Source of the DNA: Eledone cirrhosa | Taxonomy: Eukaryota | DNA: 64,000 bases | Direction of reading: 5' to 3' | NCBI GenBank assembly: GCA_964016885.1 | Contig: OZ024742.1 | Span: 217,434,001 to 217,498,000, forward strand | Shown: piece after piece, positions 12,927-25,305 of the stretch | How positions within the stretch are numbered: position 1 is the stretch's first letter | Layout: the number at the start of each line of letters is the position of its first letter | The notes under the pieces: model-generated | Told to the model about the DNA's origin: nothing | What the model saw: only the letters and a program-made list of their open reading frames with translations | Database searches by the model: none | Program-made: the position numbers and the translations under genes

Positions 12927-14329
12927 TTCCAAACATGGAAGCACGGCCTAGAATCAAAAGGCCTTAAAATTAACCTGGCTAAGACTAAAGTTCTAGTTTG
13001 TAGGAAAGAAAATAAGGCGGCGGTCCCTTCCGGGAAATGGCCATGCTCAGTGTGTAGGAAAGGCGTAGATAGAAACTCCATTTTATGTCCCAAATGCAAA
13101 GTATGGGTGCATAAAAGATGTAGTGGGATCACAGGTAAGCTAACTAAGAACATAGATTTTACATGTGGCCGGTGCTCTGGTGCAATAAGTAGCAGCAAGT
13201 GCCCACAAAATACTAGCTCTTTCAATTGCGCAGAGGGTTCTATAGAAATAGTGGACAGCTTCCGTTACCTGGGTGACAAAATCAGCAGTGGGGGAGGGTG
13301 CTCCGAAAGTACAGTAGCTAGAGTCAGAACTGGATGGAAAAAGTTCAGAGAGCTTATACCACTATTAGCCGCTAAAGGGTTCTCCCTAAAAATGAAAGGC
13401 AGGTTATACGATGCCTGCATACGAACAGCAATGCTGCATGGCAGTGAGACCTGGGCATTGTGTGCAGAGGATATACGCAGACTAGAGAGGAACGAAGCTT
13501 GCATGCTCCGCTGGATGTGCAATAGTAATATACGTGAACGGCTAAGCATAAACGAACTAAGGAAAAAATTAGAAATAAGAGGGATCAGATGTTGTTTACT
13601 CGAGAGAAGGCTACGTTGGTATGGTCACATGATGCGCATGAAAGACAACAGCTGTATAACAAAGTGCAGGGCAATAAAGATAGACGGTAGCCACGGAGTA
13701 GGCAGACCCAGAAAAACCTGGGACGACATGATAAATTCCGACCTCACACGCTTACACCTCTCCAAGACAATGTCACTGGACCGAGACCTTTGGCGGTACT
13801 CAGTAATAGAGAAGACCCGCCTTACCTAAATACAAAATAAAACCTACTACAGTCAGTAGGCATCTCTATCAACCCCCCCCCCCGTCCCACCACCACCATC
13901 CACACCGCCCCTTTCAATGTAAAGTTATGTTGGTGCCACAACATCCAGGCCGAAACAAATGAGATCGTGTAGGTGTCACGACAAAAAAACACACAGTCCA
14001 CGCTGTAAATGTGGCCGTGTAGGCAACACGGTAAAAACCTCCCAGACCCACACTGTAAATGTGGTTGGTGTTAGGAAGGGCATCCAGCTGTAGAAAACCC
14101 GCCAGACAGTCCATGCTGTAATGTGGCCGTGTAGGCAACACAGTAAAAACCTCCCAGCCCCACATTGTAAATGAGGTTGGTGTTAGGAAGGGCATCCAGC
14201 TGTAGAAAACCCGCCAGACAGTCCTATGCGAGCAAGACAACCACTCTTGCCTCAAGTGGGAAAACCCCCGTCCAAACCCATGCAAGCGTGGAACACGGAC
14301 GCTAAACCTTGATGATGATGATGATGATG
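12927..14329 (+). mobile_element. 5'-truncated RTE LINE
   Basis: Open RT C-terminal region (ORF 13050-13829), 3'UTR with an internal ~120-bp tandem duplication, (GAT)n tail; in (TA)n. Confidence 0.95.
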
Positions 14330-14335
14330 ATATAT

Positions 14336-14412
<77 letters not shown>

Positions 14413-14603
14413 AAAATACATAAATATTATATATATATATAAATAAAAAGGTGGAAGGGGTAAACAAATAGTTGGGAATATGACAAATAATAAATAAATA
14501 GATAAAGGTATAAATGTTTATAGCTGATTTAGAGCACTCAACAAGTTCTTGGAACAAATAATCAATGAAAATAAACATTAAATTACTCTGTATGTAATTA
14601 TGC

Positions 14604-14712
14604 AGACAGTCCTATGCGAGCAAGACAACCACTCTTGCCTCAAGTGGGAAAACTCCCGTCCAAATCCATGCAAGCGTGGAATATGGACGTTAAACGATGA
14701 TGATGATGATGA
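14604..14712 (+). mobile_element. Extreme 3' end of the same RTE family
   Basis: Near-identical to 14215-14329, with a (GAT)n tail. Confidence 0.85.
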
Positions 14713-14753
14713 TACACATATATATACACACACACAACCATACAAATACACAC

Positions 14754-14831
<78 letters not shown>

Positions 14832-14886
14832 AAAAGTATGACCCTGACGGCAGAGCTCAAGCCGTTTCGACGGCTATTATATATAT

Positions 14887-14923
<37 letters not shown>

Positions 14924-15507
14924 AAAATACACATATACACACACACACACACACTAATTTACACACACACATATATACAAAAAGTTACGTCACCACCTTA
15001 ATAAAAATACACACACACATATAAACACACACATATATATATATACACATACATATATATACAGATATATATAATTATATACATATATATATATATACAC
15101 ATATATACACATATACACAACACATACATACACACAGAAATAAATATATATAAATATAAAAGGTGGGTATTAAAGGGTAAGGTAGAAAGTAGGGGGGAAT
15201 AAGGAAAATAAATAACATAGGAAAAAGTTTAAATATAAGGGAAGATAAGGCTGAAAAAGAATATAAGAGTACAGAAAGTGAGTTCAGAGAGTAATAAAAA
15301 TCGTAGTGGATGTAAAGCGTAGAGAGCAGAGAAGAAGTTCAAGGTGGTTGAGTCATCGTAGGAATGTCAATCCAGTTACAGAGCAGATGTGATTTCAGGT
15401 GAGGACAACATCTGAAGAACTCGATCTTGGAGTTCAGGCAAGTTGAAGTGGCTTTCAAGTTTTGTAGAATTCTAAATTGTATGTATATGTGTGTGTGTAT
15501 GTTTGTG

Positions 15508-15538
<31 letters not shown>

Positions 15539-15908
15539 ATGTATATATGTGTATATGTATGTGTGTGTATGTGCGTGTGTATATATGTATGATTATGTGT
15601 GTATATATATATGTGTGTGTGTGTGTTTGTGTATTTATGTGTATGTGTATGTGTATGTATGGATATACATATATATATATATATATATGTGTGTATATAT
15701 TTGTGTATGTATATGTGTGTATGTATGTGTATATATATATATGTATGTGTGTATATATGTGTGTATATATATGTGTGTATGTGTGTGTGCATGTGTGTTT
15801 ATCTACTTTTATATTTATTCTTTTTCCTTTCCATCTTCCTTTTCCAGCCTCACTTTCATATAGATTATATTTTTGTTTTTAAAATCCACTGTCAATAAAT
15901 ACACCAGG

Positions 15909-15963
15909 CATTCTGATGACTGAAAGCAAATTTTGTTTGCTTTCAAGAAACCACTGGTAAATG
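15909..15963 (+). ncRNA. Type I hammerhead ribozyme (inverted pLTR copy)
   Basis: CAUU-CUGAUGA-stem II-GAAA-CCACUGG-UA-AAUG. Confidence 0.75.
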
Positions 15964-16062
15964 AAATAATTATCTTATGCTGTTTATCACATAACTAATA
16001 AGCTCTGTAACCTACATAGAGCACTCTTTTTTCCTGGACCTTTCCGACGGAATTACTTCATT

Positions 16063-16101
<39 letters not shown>

Positions 16102-16105
<4 letters not shown>

Positions 16106-16432
16106 ATAAACGTGCTGCGTGGTTGCAAATGGGTTACATATGAATAAAGTTAGTCCTTCATCAGTGATCTTCCAAACATCATTGGTATTTCATCGCTTTA
16201 AAGACCATATACCTCCGGTTGGTGCGAGCAACGGCTAAAAAAAGTCGTTGGGACACGTAAATAAAGGGGGACACGAGAGTGTAAACAAACAAACACTCTC
16301 GTGTCCCTTTTATTTACGTGTCCCAACGACTTTTTTTAGCCGTTGCTCGCACCAACCGGAGGTATATGGTCTTTAAAGCGATGAAATACCAATGATGGTT
16401 GGAAGATCACTGATGAAGGACTAACTTTATTC

Positions 16433-16437
<5 letters not shown>
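16102..16437. mobile_element. Fold-back copy of a subfamily related to the 11898-12842 repeats
   Basis: About 145-bp inverted arms centred near 16286; clearly homologous to the direct repeats. Confidence 0.75.
16352..16421 (+). ncRNA. Candidate non-circularly permuted hammerhead ribozyme (mirror copy 16153-16222 on -)
   Basis: CCAACC-GGA-GGUAU-A-UGGUCUU-UAAAGCGAU-GAAAUACC-AAUGAU-GGUUGG-AAGAUCA-CUGAUGA-AGGAC; compensatory changes relative to the 11962 copy. Confidence 0.65.
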
Positions 16438-16461
<24 letters not shown>

Positions 16462-16463
<2 letters not shown>

Positions 16464-17008
16464 ATAAATGTAATCTGAGTTTTTTTAATATTAATAAGAA
16501 CATTCGATTCGTTTGCAATTATGCAAACAAGCCTCATTTTTAAAGCCATATCAGTAGAATGAACCCTTCATTCTTGCTCTTGTGTTGGCATGTAAACAGA
16601 ACTGCAGGCCAATCAAACACTGTATATTTTAGAAAATGGCATATATTTTCACTAGCTCTGACAGTTGGCAGGTGAAGAGTGAGCTGTACTGATGAAGGGT
16701 GATACCCAGAAACATTAGTATCTGCAGTTCTGTTTACATGCCAACACGAGCAAAATCGAATGTTATTATTAATATTTGAAAAACTCAGATTACATTTATT
16801 GTATTCAGCCATGTAGAGCGAACATTTAAAAAAAAAATTTTATTTGAGCCGGCGATTTATCGCTCATATACAGGAAACTGAAGGGTTCATTCTACTGACA
16901 TGGCTTTAAAAATGAGGCTTGTTTGCATAATTGCAAACGAAACGAATGTTATTATTAATATTCAAAAAACTCAGATTACATTTATTGTATTCAGCCATGT
17001 AGAGCAAA
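16462..17008 (+). mobile_element. Rearranged Penelope-type pLTR remnant with nested inverted/direct repeats and a degenerate hammerhead (16683-16728)
   Basis: 16462-16570 is inverted relative to 16879-16986; 16757-16820 is repeated at 16943-17006; GCUGUA-CUGAUGA-AGGGUGAUACCCA-GAAAC..UC-UGCAGU. Confidence 0.55.
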
Positions 17009-17209
17009 ATTTTTTTTTTTATATATATATAATTATACATACAAAAGTGAGTTACAAACGAAAGTTTCGTTATTTGTTTTTATCGTCTCCGTTGAACCGG
17101 TACGTACTCACACTCTATGCAAATTAGTCTGCCCACTACTAATTTTCATAGAAAAAGCATATAACGATATGTGCTTTTACGATTCTCTAGAAAGGCCGGA
17201 AGATAGGTA

Positions 17210-17254
17210 AATATTGCTGATGAGTTGTAACAACAACGAAACTAGTTCAATGTT
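17210..17254 (+). ncRNA. Minimal type I hammerhead ribozyme
   Basis: AAUAUUG-CUGAUGA-GUUGU(AACA)ACAAC-GAAA-CUAG-UU-CAAUGUU; 7-bp stem I, 5-bp stem II, palindromic stem III, GUU site. Confidence 0.85.
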
Positions 17255-17503
17255 CCTTGTCTGGCTTTCTGGAGAATAGAGGAAAGGTGTTTCCTCAAAA
17301 ACCAGTATGACTCTAAAAACCGGTTTGTCTGTGTGTTTACATACAGAATAGCTGGACACTCACAGTAAAGTGACCAGTGAAAAACTTGGTACATCTACAT
17401 ATGTATACGTGTGTGTATTCATATGCATACTAGTATTTCAGTATACATATGTGGATGTACATTTTTAACTTAATTGTTTATACATATATATATATATATA
17501 TAT

Positions 17504-18577
17504 CAGATCCCCTCAGGGAAATGGCCTTGCTCAGTATGTAGGAAAGGTGTAGGTAGGAACTCCATCCTCTGCCCCAAATGCAAATAATGGGTACACAAGA
17601 GATGTAGTGGGATCTCTGGAAGTTTAGCTAAGAATGTACGCTTTACATGTAGCAGCTGCACTGAGACAGCAAGCAGCAAACAGCCACAGGAAACAAGCAC
17701 CACCAAACTCTGGGAGGGCTCTGTAGAAACAGTAGACAGTATTTGCTACCTAGGTGACCGAATTAACAGTGGAGGTGGGTGTTTGGAAAGTACAGTAACC
17801 ACGGTAAGAACAGGGTGGAAGAAGTTCAGGGAGTTACTGCCACTGCTAGCTGCAAAAGGTTTTTCCCTCAAAATGAAAGGCAGACTGTATGATGCGTGCA
17901 TACGAACAGCAATGCTACATGGTAGTGAGACCTGGGCGTTGTGTGTAGAAGACTTGCATAGATTAGAAAGAAACAAAGCTTGCATGCTCCAATGGATGTG
18001 TAATAGTAATATACTCAAATGACAAATCATAAACGAATAGAGAGAGACTGAGCATAAGAGGAATCAAATACTGTGCGCAGGAGAGGAGGTTGTGTTGGTA
18101 TGGACACGTGATGCGTATGAAGGATGATAGCTGCATAAAAAGGTGCAGAGCACTAGAAGTCGATGAAAGCCATGGAGTGGAGAGACCCAAGACAACCTGG
18201 GATGAGGTGATAAAAGCCGACCGTACCCAATTGCACCTCTCAAAGCAGTGATACAGAAGACCCAACTTCCCACGGGTACAAGCTAAAGCTGAAGCATATA
18301 GACAATATCCCCCACCCCCACCCCCACTGCAAAGTGGTCATGGAGGTGCCATGGCAAAAAAGCACTCAGCCCACACTATAAAGTGGACATGTAGGCGCCA
18401 TGGGAAAAAAAGCAGCCAGCACTCACTGTAAATGAAGTTGGTGTTAGGAAGGGTATCCAGCTGTAGCAATCAAGCCAGAATCAGCTGACTCGACAATGCC
18501 CACAACAGGACAACCCGTCTAACCCATGCTAGCATGGAAGAATGGATGTAAAACGGTGACGATGATGATGATGATGA
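17504..18577 (+). mobile_element. 5'-truncated RTE LINE (subfamily of the 7160 copy)
   Basis: Homologous to 9120-10236; stops present; (GAT)n tail; in (TA)n. Confidence 0.92.
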
Positions 18578-18617
18578 CATACATACATATATATATATAT
18601 ATATACGGAAATACATA

Positions 18618-18676
<59 letters not shown>

Positions 18677-18679
<3 letters not shown>

Positions 18680-19409
18680 CATGCTCCGCTGGATGTGTAA
18701 CAGTAATATACGTGAACGGCAAAGCATAAACGAACTAAGGAAAAAATTAGAGATAAGAGGGATCAGATGTTGTTTACTCGAGAGAAGGCTACGTTGGTAT
18801 GGACACGTGATGCGCATGAAAGTCGATAGCTGTATAACAAAGTGCAGGGCAATAAAGATAGACGGTAGTCACGGAATAGGCAGACCTAGAAAAACCTGGG
18901 ACGAGCTGATAAACTCCGACATCACACACTTACACCTCTCCAAGACAATGTCACTGGACCGAGACCTTTGGCGGTACTCAGTAACAGAGAAGACCCGCCT
19001 TACCTAAATATATAGTAAAACCTACTCCAGCCAGTAGGCATCTCTAACAAAATACACCCCGTCCCACCACCACCACCCCCACCCGATCCACACCACCCCG
19101 TTCTATGTAAAGTTATGTTGGTGCCGCGCCATCGAGGCCGAAACAAATGAGATCGTGTAGGTGTCACGACAAAAAAACACACAGTCCACGCTGTAATGTG
19201 GCCGTGTAGGCAACACGGTAAAAACCTCCCAGACCCACACTGTAAATGTGGTTGGTGTTAGGAAGGGCATCCAACTGTAGAAAACCTGCCAGACAGTCCT
19301 ATGCGAGCAAGACAATCACTCTTGCCTCAAGTGGGACTACCCCCGTCCAAACCCATGCAAGCGTGGAACACGGACGTTAAACGTTGATGATGATGATGAT
19401 GATGATGAT
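18677..19409 (+). mobile_element. 5'-truncated RTE LINE
   Basis: MLRWMC..YGHVMRM..GRPRKTW, 3'UTR and (GAT)n tail. Confidence 0.92.
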
Positions 19410-19559
19410 ATATATATAGATTTTGAGTTTATGTTGGTGGTTATTTGACTCCAGTTCCTCAGTGAAATAACAGCCCAACAAGGAACTGGGCATATCAGAG
19501 TATTGACAATATTATACACCTCAACAACATATGTACTTGTCTATACCATACTAATTCAA

Positions 19560-19614
19560 ACTGCCTGAAGAGGTCACAGCCAAAGATGGCTGTCACTGAA
19601 ATATATATAGCAGT
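19560..19614 (+). ncRNA. Type I hammerhead ribozyme in a short PLE-like remnant (about 19420-19665)
   Basis: ACUGC-CUGAAGA-GGUCACAGCCA(AAGA)UGGCUGUCACU-GAAA-UAUAUA-UA-GCAGU. Confidence 0.8.
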
Positions 19615-19658
19615 AATAAACGAAGGTAAATTTTAATCATTTGACTTTTATTTAACTT

Positions 19659-19707
<49 letters not shown>

Positions 19708-19906
19708 ATGTATTTCCGTAGAAAAAGTAAAGGAAGGAAGAGCTATTATATATATATACATATAATCATCATCATCATCATTTTCCTTGCTTGCAATGGT
19801 GGGAGGGGCCTCTTCAGCACAACATCTCTCCATTTGTCACGGTCCTCCGTCATCTCCTTTGTGAGCTTCAGCGATCTGAGGTCAGCTCTCACAACCTCTG
19901 CCCGTA

Positions 19907-19940
<34 letters not shown>

Positions 19941-19944
19941 AGTT

Positions 19945-20418
19945 ATTCCGGGTTCAATCGGGGGTAACCAAAGTAAGTAAAATACTCAATACATAGCAGA
20001 GTATAAATGTTTTAGTATAGATAAGCTTCTACAGGACTAGAACTGTTTCATTCATGAGAAATCATCAGGAAGCTGACTGTCCAAGTAAATGTGGTGGTAT
20101 TTATATCTTTTCTGGTGGTAGGAGAGGGTGGGGATGGGGATGGGTGGAGGTCATTGGTTGATGGGTTTAAAGAAAAGGGAATTCATTAAAAGCTGTTTCT
20201 TTAAAGCTATGTTTTATAAATTATAGCTTTAAAGAATGAGCTTTTAATGAATTCCCTCTACTTTAAACCCGTCAACCAATGACCTCCACCCATCCCCATC
20301 CTCTCCTACCACAGAAAAAATATAAATACCACCACATTTACTTGGACAGTCAGCTTCCTGATGATTTCTCACGAATGAAACAGTTCTAGTCCTGTAGAAG
20401 CTTTTCTATATTAAAATA
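19945..20418. mobile_element. Fold-back Penelope-type pLTR pair (about 200-bp arms) with a hammerhead in each arm
   Basis: Inverted arms centred near 20218; hammerheads at 20024-20074 (-) and 20352-20402 (+). Confidence 0.75.
20352..20402 (+). ncRNA. Type I hammerhead ribozyme
   Basis: AGCUUC-CUGAUGA-UUUCUCACGAAU-GAAA-CAG(UUCUAGUC)CUG-UA-GAAGCU. Confidence 0.75.
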
Positions 20419-20439
20419 TATATATATATATATATTTGT

Positions 20440-23400
20440 TTTGCGAGGTTTTTGATATGAAATCGTGTGTCGAAACAAATATTTATACTTGGGGAGGGTC
20501 ATATTGTTGTAATAATATTGCCAGAATTAATAACAGAACACACTCACTGTTTGGTTCGTTTTTGCTTCTGTATCTTTTATATCAGTTAATTTATTGGGTC
20601 CTCAATGTTTACCATTGACTGACCAATGGTCAAAAATACAGATATAAAAGATCTCCTTGAGGAGAGCTCCATAGACTTCATCATGTACTCTCGTTACGTA
20701 GACGACATTAATATAGTAGCATCCCCACAAGAGAGTACTAACAAGTATGATTTAGAATGTAGCACAATGGAAAGCACCCAGCAGATAGCTAATTCCATAC
20801 ACCAAAGTATAACTGTAACTATCGACTACCCTTCCAAACACCCTAACAGTAGACTACCTGTATTAGACACAGAACTCTGGATTAACACTATAGACGAGAG
20901 GGCCCACATTCTCCACTCACACTACGCTAAACCCATGGCCTCCAAATACCTGATACTCAAAAACTCAGCAATGTCCAGTAGTGTGCTAATTTTAATATTC
21001 TGATCGCAGACTTGGTACAAGTGATGAAGAACGTGTCCCACATGTGCGACCCAACAGAAATGGAAAAACAGATCCAACACTTCATCAACCGCATGCAGTT
21101 CTCTGGCTACAACCAAAGAGACAGAATCAGAGTATACGAAGGAGCCACGGAGAAGTATAAGACCCTCATAGAACTGGACATGAAAGGAATTTGCCCATTA
21201 TACGGAGAAAATCATGGAATAGCAGCGCATAGCAACCAGCCCTGACAGTAAGGTGTTCTGGAAGTATGTTCACTCAAAGCAGAGGCCTCACTCTCCAGTT
21301 GGTCCTCCTCACAATCCCCACACAAGCCAGGTTACTGACGACCCCAAGGAATGCGCAGAGTTCATTGCTGAATGCTATGCAGGCATTTTCACTATTGAAG
21401 ACCAGAGTGTACCGTCTCCACCACCTATGACACTGGACTCTATTACAACCATGGAATTTACACCTGCAATGCTGCGACATCACCTGAAAAATAAATGCAA
21501 CCATGCCTCTCCTAGTCTTGATGGTGTTACATACCTGCTTCTTAAACATGGTGGGTACTTCCTTCTGCACGAGCTATCACGCTTCTTCCAATTCTGTCTG
21601 AACAACGGTGCTACTCCAGAACAGTGGAAAACTGCCAGTGTCATTCCTTTGTTCAAAAAGGGTGACCGCACATCACCTGTGAACTATCGTCCAGTCACTC
21701 TTACTAGTTGCATTGCCAAACTGATGGAATCCTGTGTCAGAGAAACACTTTGGAACTACTGGAATTCTCACAGTCTTATCCGGTCCTCGCAATTTGGATT
21801 CATCCCTAACTCCAGCTGCTGTGATCAACTTATTGAGTTTCTTGAAGACATCACCCGGATCATTGATGGCGGCTCATGGGTGGATGTTGTTTACCTTGAC
21901 TTTGCGAAAGCTTTCAATTCTGTGCCACACAAAAGGCTTATGGCAAAACTCTCTGCAATGGGTGTGAAGGATGATCTTTTTAACTGGTTGAAGTCCTTCA
22001 TTCTCAGTCGAAGAGAGGTAGTCACGGTTCTGGGACAGCATTCCTCACCATATGAGATGTCATCTGGTGTACCACAGGGATCTGTTCTTGGCCCCCTTTT
22101 GTTTGTGGCATATATTAATGACATAGATGCCAACTTAAAGAATGCCACAGTACTAAAGTATGCAGATGACATCAAGCTGTACCTTGAGATAAAAAGGACA
22201 GATCCTGAACACTAAAGATCTTGCTTGCAGTCTGACCTGGACACAATGCAACAATGGATCTCAGACTGGCAACTCAAGCTAGCTGTGGACAAGTGCAACA
22301 CCATGCATTTTGCATTTTGGGAGTAAAAACCCAGCGTCCACATACTCCCTCCACAGCACTAATATCAAGAAGTCTTCTTGTGAACGTGACTTGGGCATTA
22401 CAGTCAGCAGCGATTTGCGTTGGACAAAGCGCGTCTCTAAAATTGTCATGACGGCTGAGGGTATCTTAGCATCACTCAGTAAGACCTTTGTCAGCCGCTC
22501 TCCAGCTAGCTATTTAAGGCTGTACATGGCTATGGTGCGGCCACACTTAGAATTTGCATCACCAGTCTGGAACCCCTATCTTGCTCAGAACATTGAGCGC
22601 CTGGAAACTGTTCAGAAAAGTGCAACCAAGCGAATACCCTCCATCAGGCATCTACCATACTCTGAACGCCTTGCTTCCCTGGGCATGGATACATTGAAGC
22701 TCTGACGCCTGGCAACTGACTTGGTAAACACCCACAAAATTGTTAACCATCTTGCCAACAACAACCCTGAGTACCTTTTTGATTTCCATGTGTCTAACAC
22801 ACATGGACATGCCCACAAGGTCAGAAAACAGAACAGTTCCCATGACTTTCGGAAACATTTTTTCACGCTCAGCGTTGCTGAAGCATGGAACAAACTACCT
22901 GCATCAGTTGTTAGCTGTCGAGACACTGCATCCTTTAAGGCCTCCATGCTTCCCGAGATTCGCCAACACTACACCTAATGTTCCCCCTCCATACACATAC
23001 ACACATGTATATCATGACTCATACACTATTCACTTCCCTGACATTTGTATATTATTCTATGTACTATACATACACCTTTGACGAGCACCTGAGCACTTTA
23101 CACAATCATTTCATTATTATTATTATTATTATTATTATAAACATAAGATAGGGAAAGCCACCTCATGGTACGACAAACAGAGATACCAGAGTGTCATGTT
23201 TGTGGACGCTATCCCTGGAGGGAAATTAGCTAACCAGTGTAGAAAGACCCACTTAAAGATTAAGGTGGTAGAAAAGCCAGGAACTACCATAAAATCCCTG
23301 ATCAGCAAAACATACCCTTTTAAGAAAACCCACTGTACTAATAGGAAATGTATTATATGTAAAGTAAACCCCCGGATAAACTGTAAAACTAGAAATTTAG

Positions 23401-24226
23401 TCTATAGCATAAGATGTACAGAGGGTACTTGCAGAAACATGACAACAACATACATAGGCGAGACAGCTTGTAGCATAGGTGAAAGGATAGACCAACGTTG
23501 GGGGTAACTAAAAGGACGAAAAAACGGTTCAGTACTATACGAACATGCCAGACAACAACATGACGGTAATATAGACAACATAGAAATTAGAATAATATCT
23601 AAACATAGAAACGACCCAGCAGATAGGCAAATCAGAGAGGCCAGTGAAATAGAACTTAGAAGGCCAAAGTTAAACAGAAAAAATGAATGGAATAACAACA
23701 CCCAAACAAACAATACTGACCTAAGAGAAATATAAATAAATAAATAAATATATACACAAGCACAATAACAACAAACATATAAACACACACTAGTAAACTA
23801 AACTAAGATAGAATACAATAACCAAAACACAGTCACCCAAACGTGAACACACACCAAACACTATACACACACGCAAACGCATGCGCAGAGAAGAAGACAA
23901 AAATAAATAAATAAATAAATAAATAAACAGATTAAATAAAGATGGCGTAGACATACAATACAACAGGAGGAAACATAATAGCACCACTGACGATGTTGCA
24001 GATGTGCAACGAAAGAACTTTGTTAGACTGTATATATATATGTGTTTGTGTCTATATTATATCTGTATTTTTTACCGTTGGTCAGTCAATGGTAAACATT
24101 GAGGACCGAATAAGTTAACTGATATAAAAGATACAGAAGCGAAAACCAACCAAACAGTGAGTGTGTTCTGTTATTATTTCTGGCAATATTATTACAACAA
24201 TATGACCCTCCCCAAGTATAACAATA
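20440..24226 (+). mobile_element. Penelope-like element (RT C-half + GIY-YIG) with inverted 5' pLTR, split by a CR1 insertion
   Basis: RYVDD and LPVLD..YAKPMAS (20626-21220); CxxC..NCKTRNLVYSIRC..YIGET GIY-YIG (23196-23690); 20484-20625 is inverted relative to 24080-24220; hammerhead-like motif at 23983-24024. Confidence 0.9.
21225..23138 (+). mobile_element. 5'-truncated CR1/L2-group LINE
   Basis: FWKYV, NYRPVTLTS, QFGF, YLDFAKAF, GVPQGSVLGPLLF, YADD, ERDLG, VRPHLEF, WNKLP motifs; (ATT)n tail. Confidence 0.93.
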
Positions 24227-24284
24227 TATGTGTGTGTGTGTGTGCGTGCGTGTGTGCAAAAGGCAAACAGAAATAACAAAGCAA

Positions 24285-25305
24285 ACAACATAGTACAATG
24301 AAGAAATACATTATTAGTTTTACACTTGATAATAGAGGAAAATAATTTTAAAATTTTGGACGCTAGTCCTTCATCAGAAAATAGAATGAGAAATTAAAGA
24401 AGAAATAGATTGATTGGTGAGACAGACAATGGCAGAAATGAAAAAAAAATGTTTAGTGACAAGTCAGGTCTATTCACGTTGCCATTTGTAGGAAAACTGT
24501 TGATGCTGGCATTTTGTGTAAGATAATCTTCTTTTGAAAGGTAGTGATCTAGCGTGTCTGGCTGAAAGGGAAAAAATAACGTTTTGTATATAGAGCTTTA
24601 CATGTACGTATACATGTGTGTGTGTGTTTGTTAGTTGTCCGTGCGAAGCTAAGAGGATATGTGTGTGAATATGTAAGTATAAGAGTGTGTGTGTGTGTGT
24701 GTGTTTGTAAGTATGAAGCTTTGAGCATATGAGTGTGTATATAAGTGAGTATGTGTGAATGTTAGTTGTGGATCTGTACAAAGCTATGAAGGTAAGTGTA
24801 GAGGTGTGTATGTATTTTTTGTTGGTCTGTATAAGCTGTAAGAGTGTGTGTTTCTGACCATAACAGAGCCATAGGAAACTAGGAGTTGAATGTATGACAG
24901 CGGATGAAGTAAGAGCAACAGTGGCTAAGGGTAGAGAAATAATCACGAACATATGTGTGCAAGATTAAAGAAATTGGGGAGAGGAGTTGAGTCCATTAGG
25001 GAAACTGGACCCATGGTGGAAAATCAGATTTTACTCAGTCCTGGTATACAAGGCCTGTGATCCATGATATAAAAGCACACCAAGGACTAAGACATGTAGG
25101 GAAGGTGGCCTAGGGAATGGAAATGACGAGCGATGGGGCTTATCCATGCTGAGTCATATATATGTCTGTCAAGTGTTCAGCAAAATGGTCTGCCAGATAG
25201 TGACCTGTTTGTCCGATGTATATGGACCCACAAAGGAAATACCAGGGCCCATAGATTACATGGGTGGATGTGTAGGTGAATGAACCGTTAATGTCTGAGA
25301 GTGAT
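24285..25305 (-). mobile_element. Old Penelope-like 3' remnant
   Basis: VIY..LCGSIYIGQTG..LADHFAEHLTDI GIY-YIG remnant (25160-25290); degenerate hammerhead CUGAUGA-AGGAC(UAGC)GUCC-AAAA near 24345-24382. Confidence 0.7.

Larger units (their letters stand above)
11203..15998 (-). mobile_element. 5'-truncated Penelope-like element with inverted pseudo-LTRs, interrupted by nested insertions
   Basis: 11203-11630 and 15480-15998 are inverted copies, each with a hammerhead. Minus strand 15476-15350 reads ILQNLKATSTCLNSKIEFFRCCPHLKSHLL, resembling the LNKRSELxSxCRH C-terminus of PLE ORFs. Confidence 0.65.

Noticed and set aside
11307-15898. Many Y/I/C/V/H/T-rich ORFs (also 41741-42042 and 50064-50556)
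   Set aside because: They are translations of (TA)n/(CA)n/(TACA)n microsatellites, not proteins.
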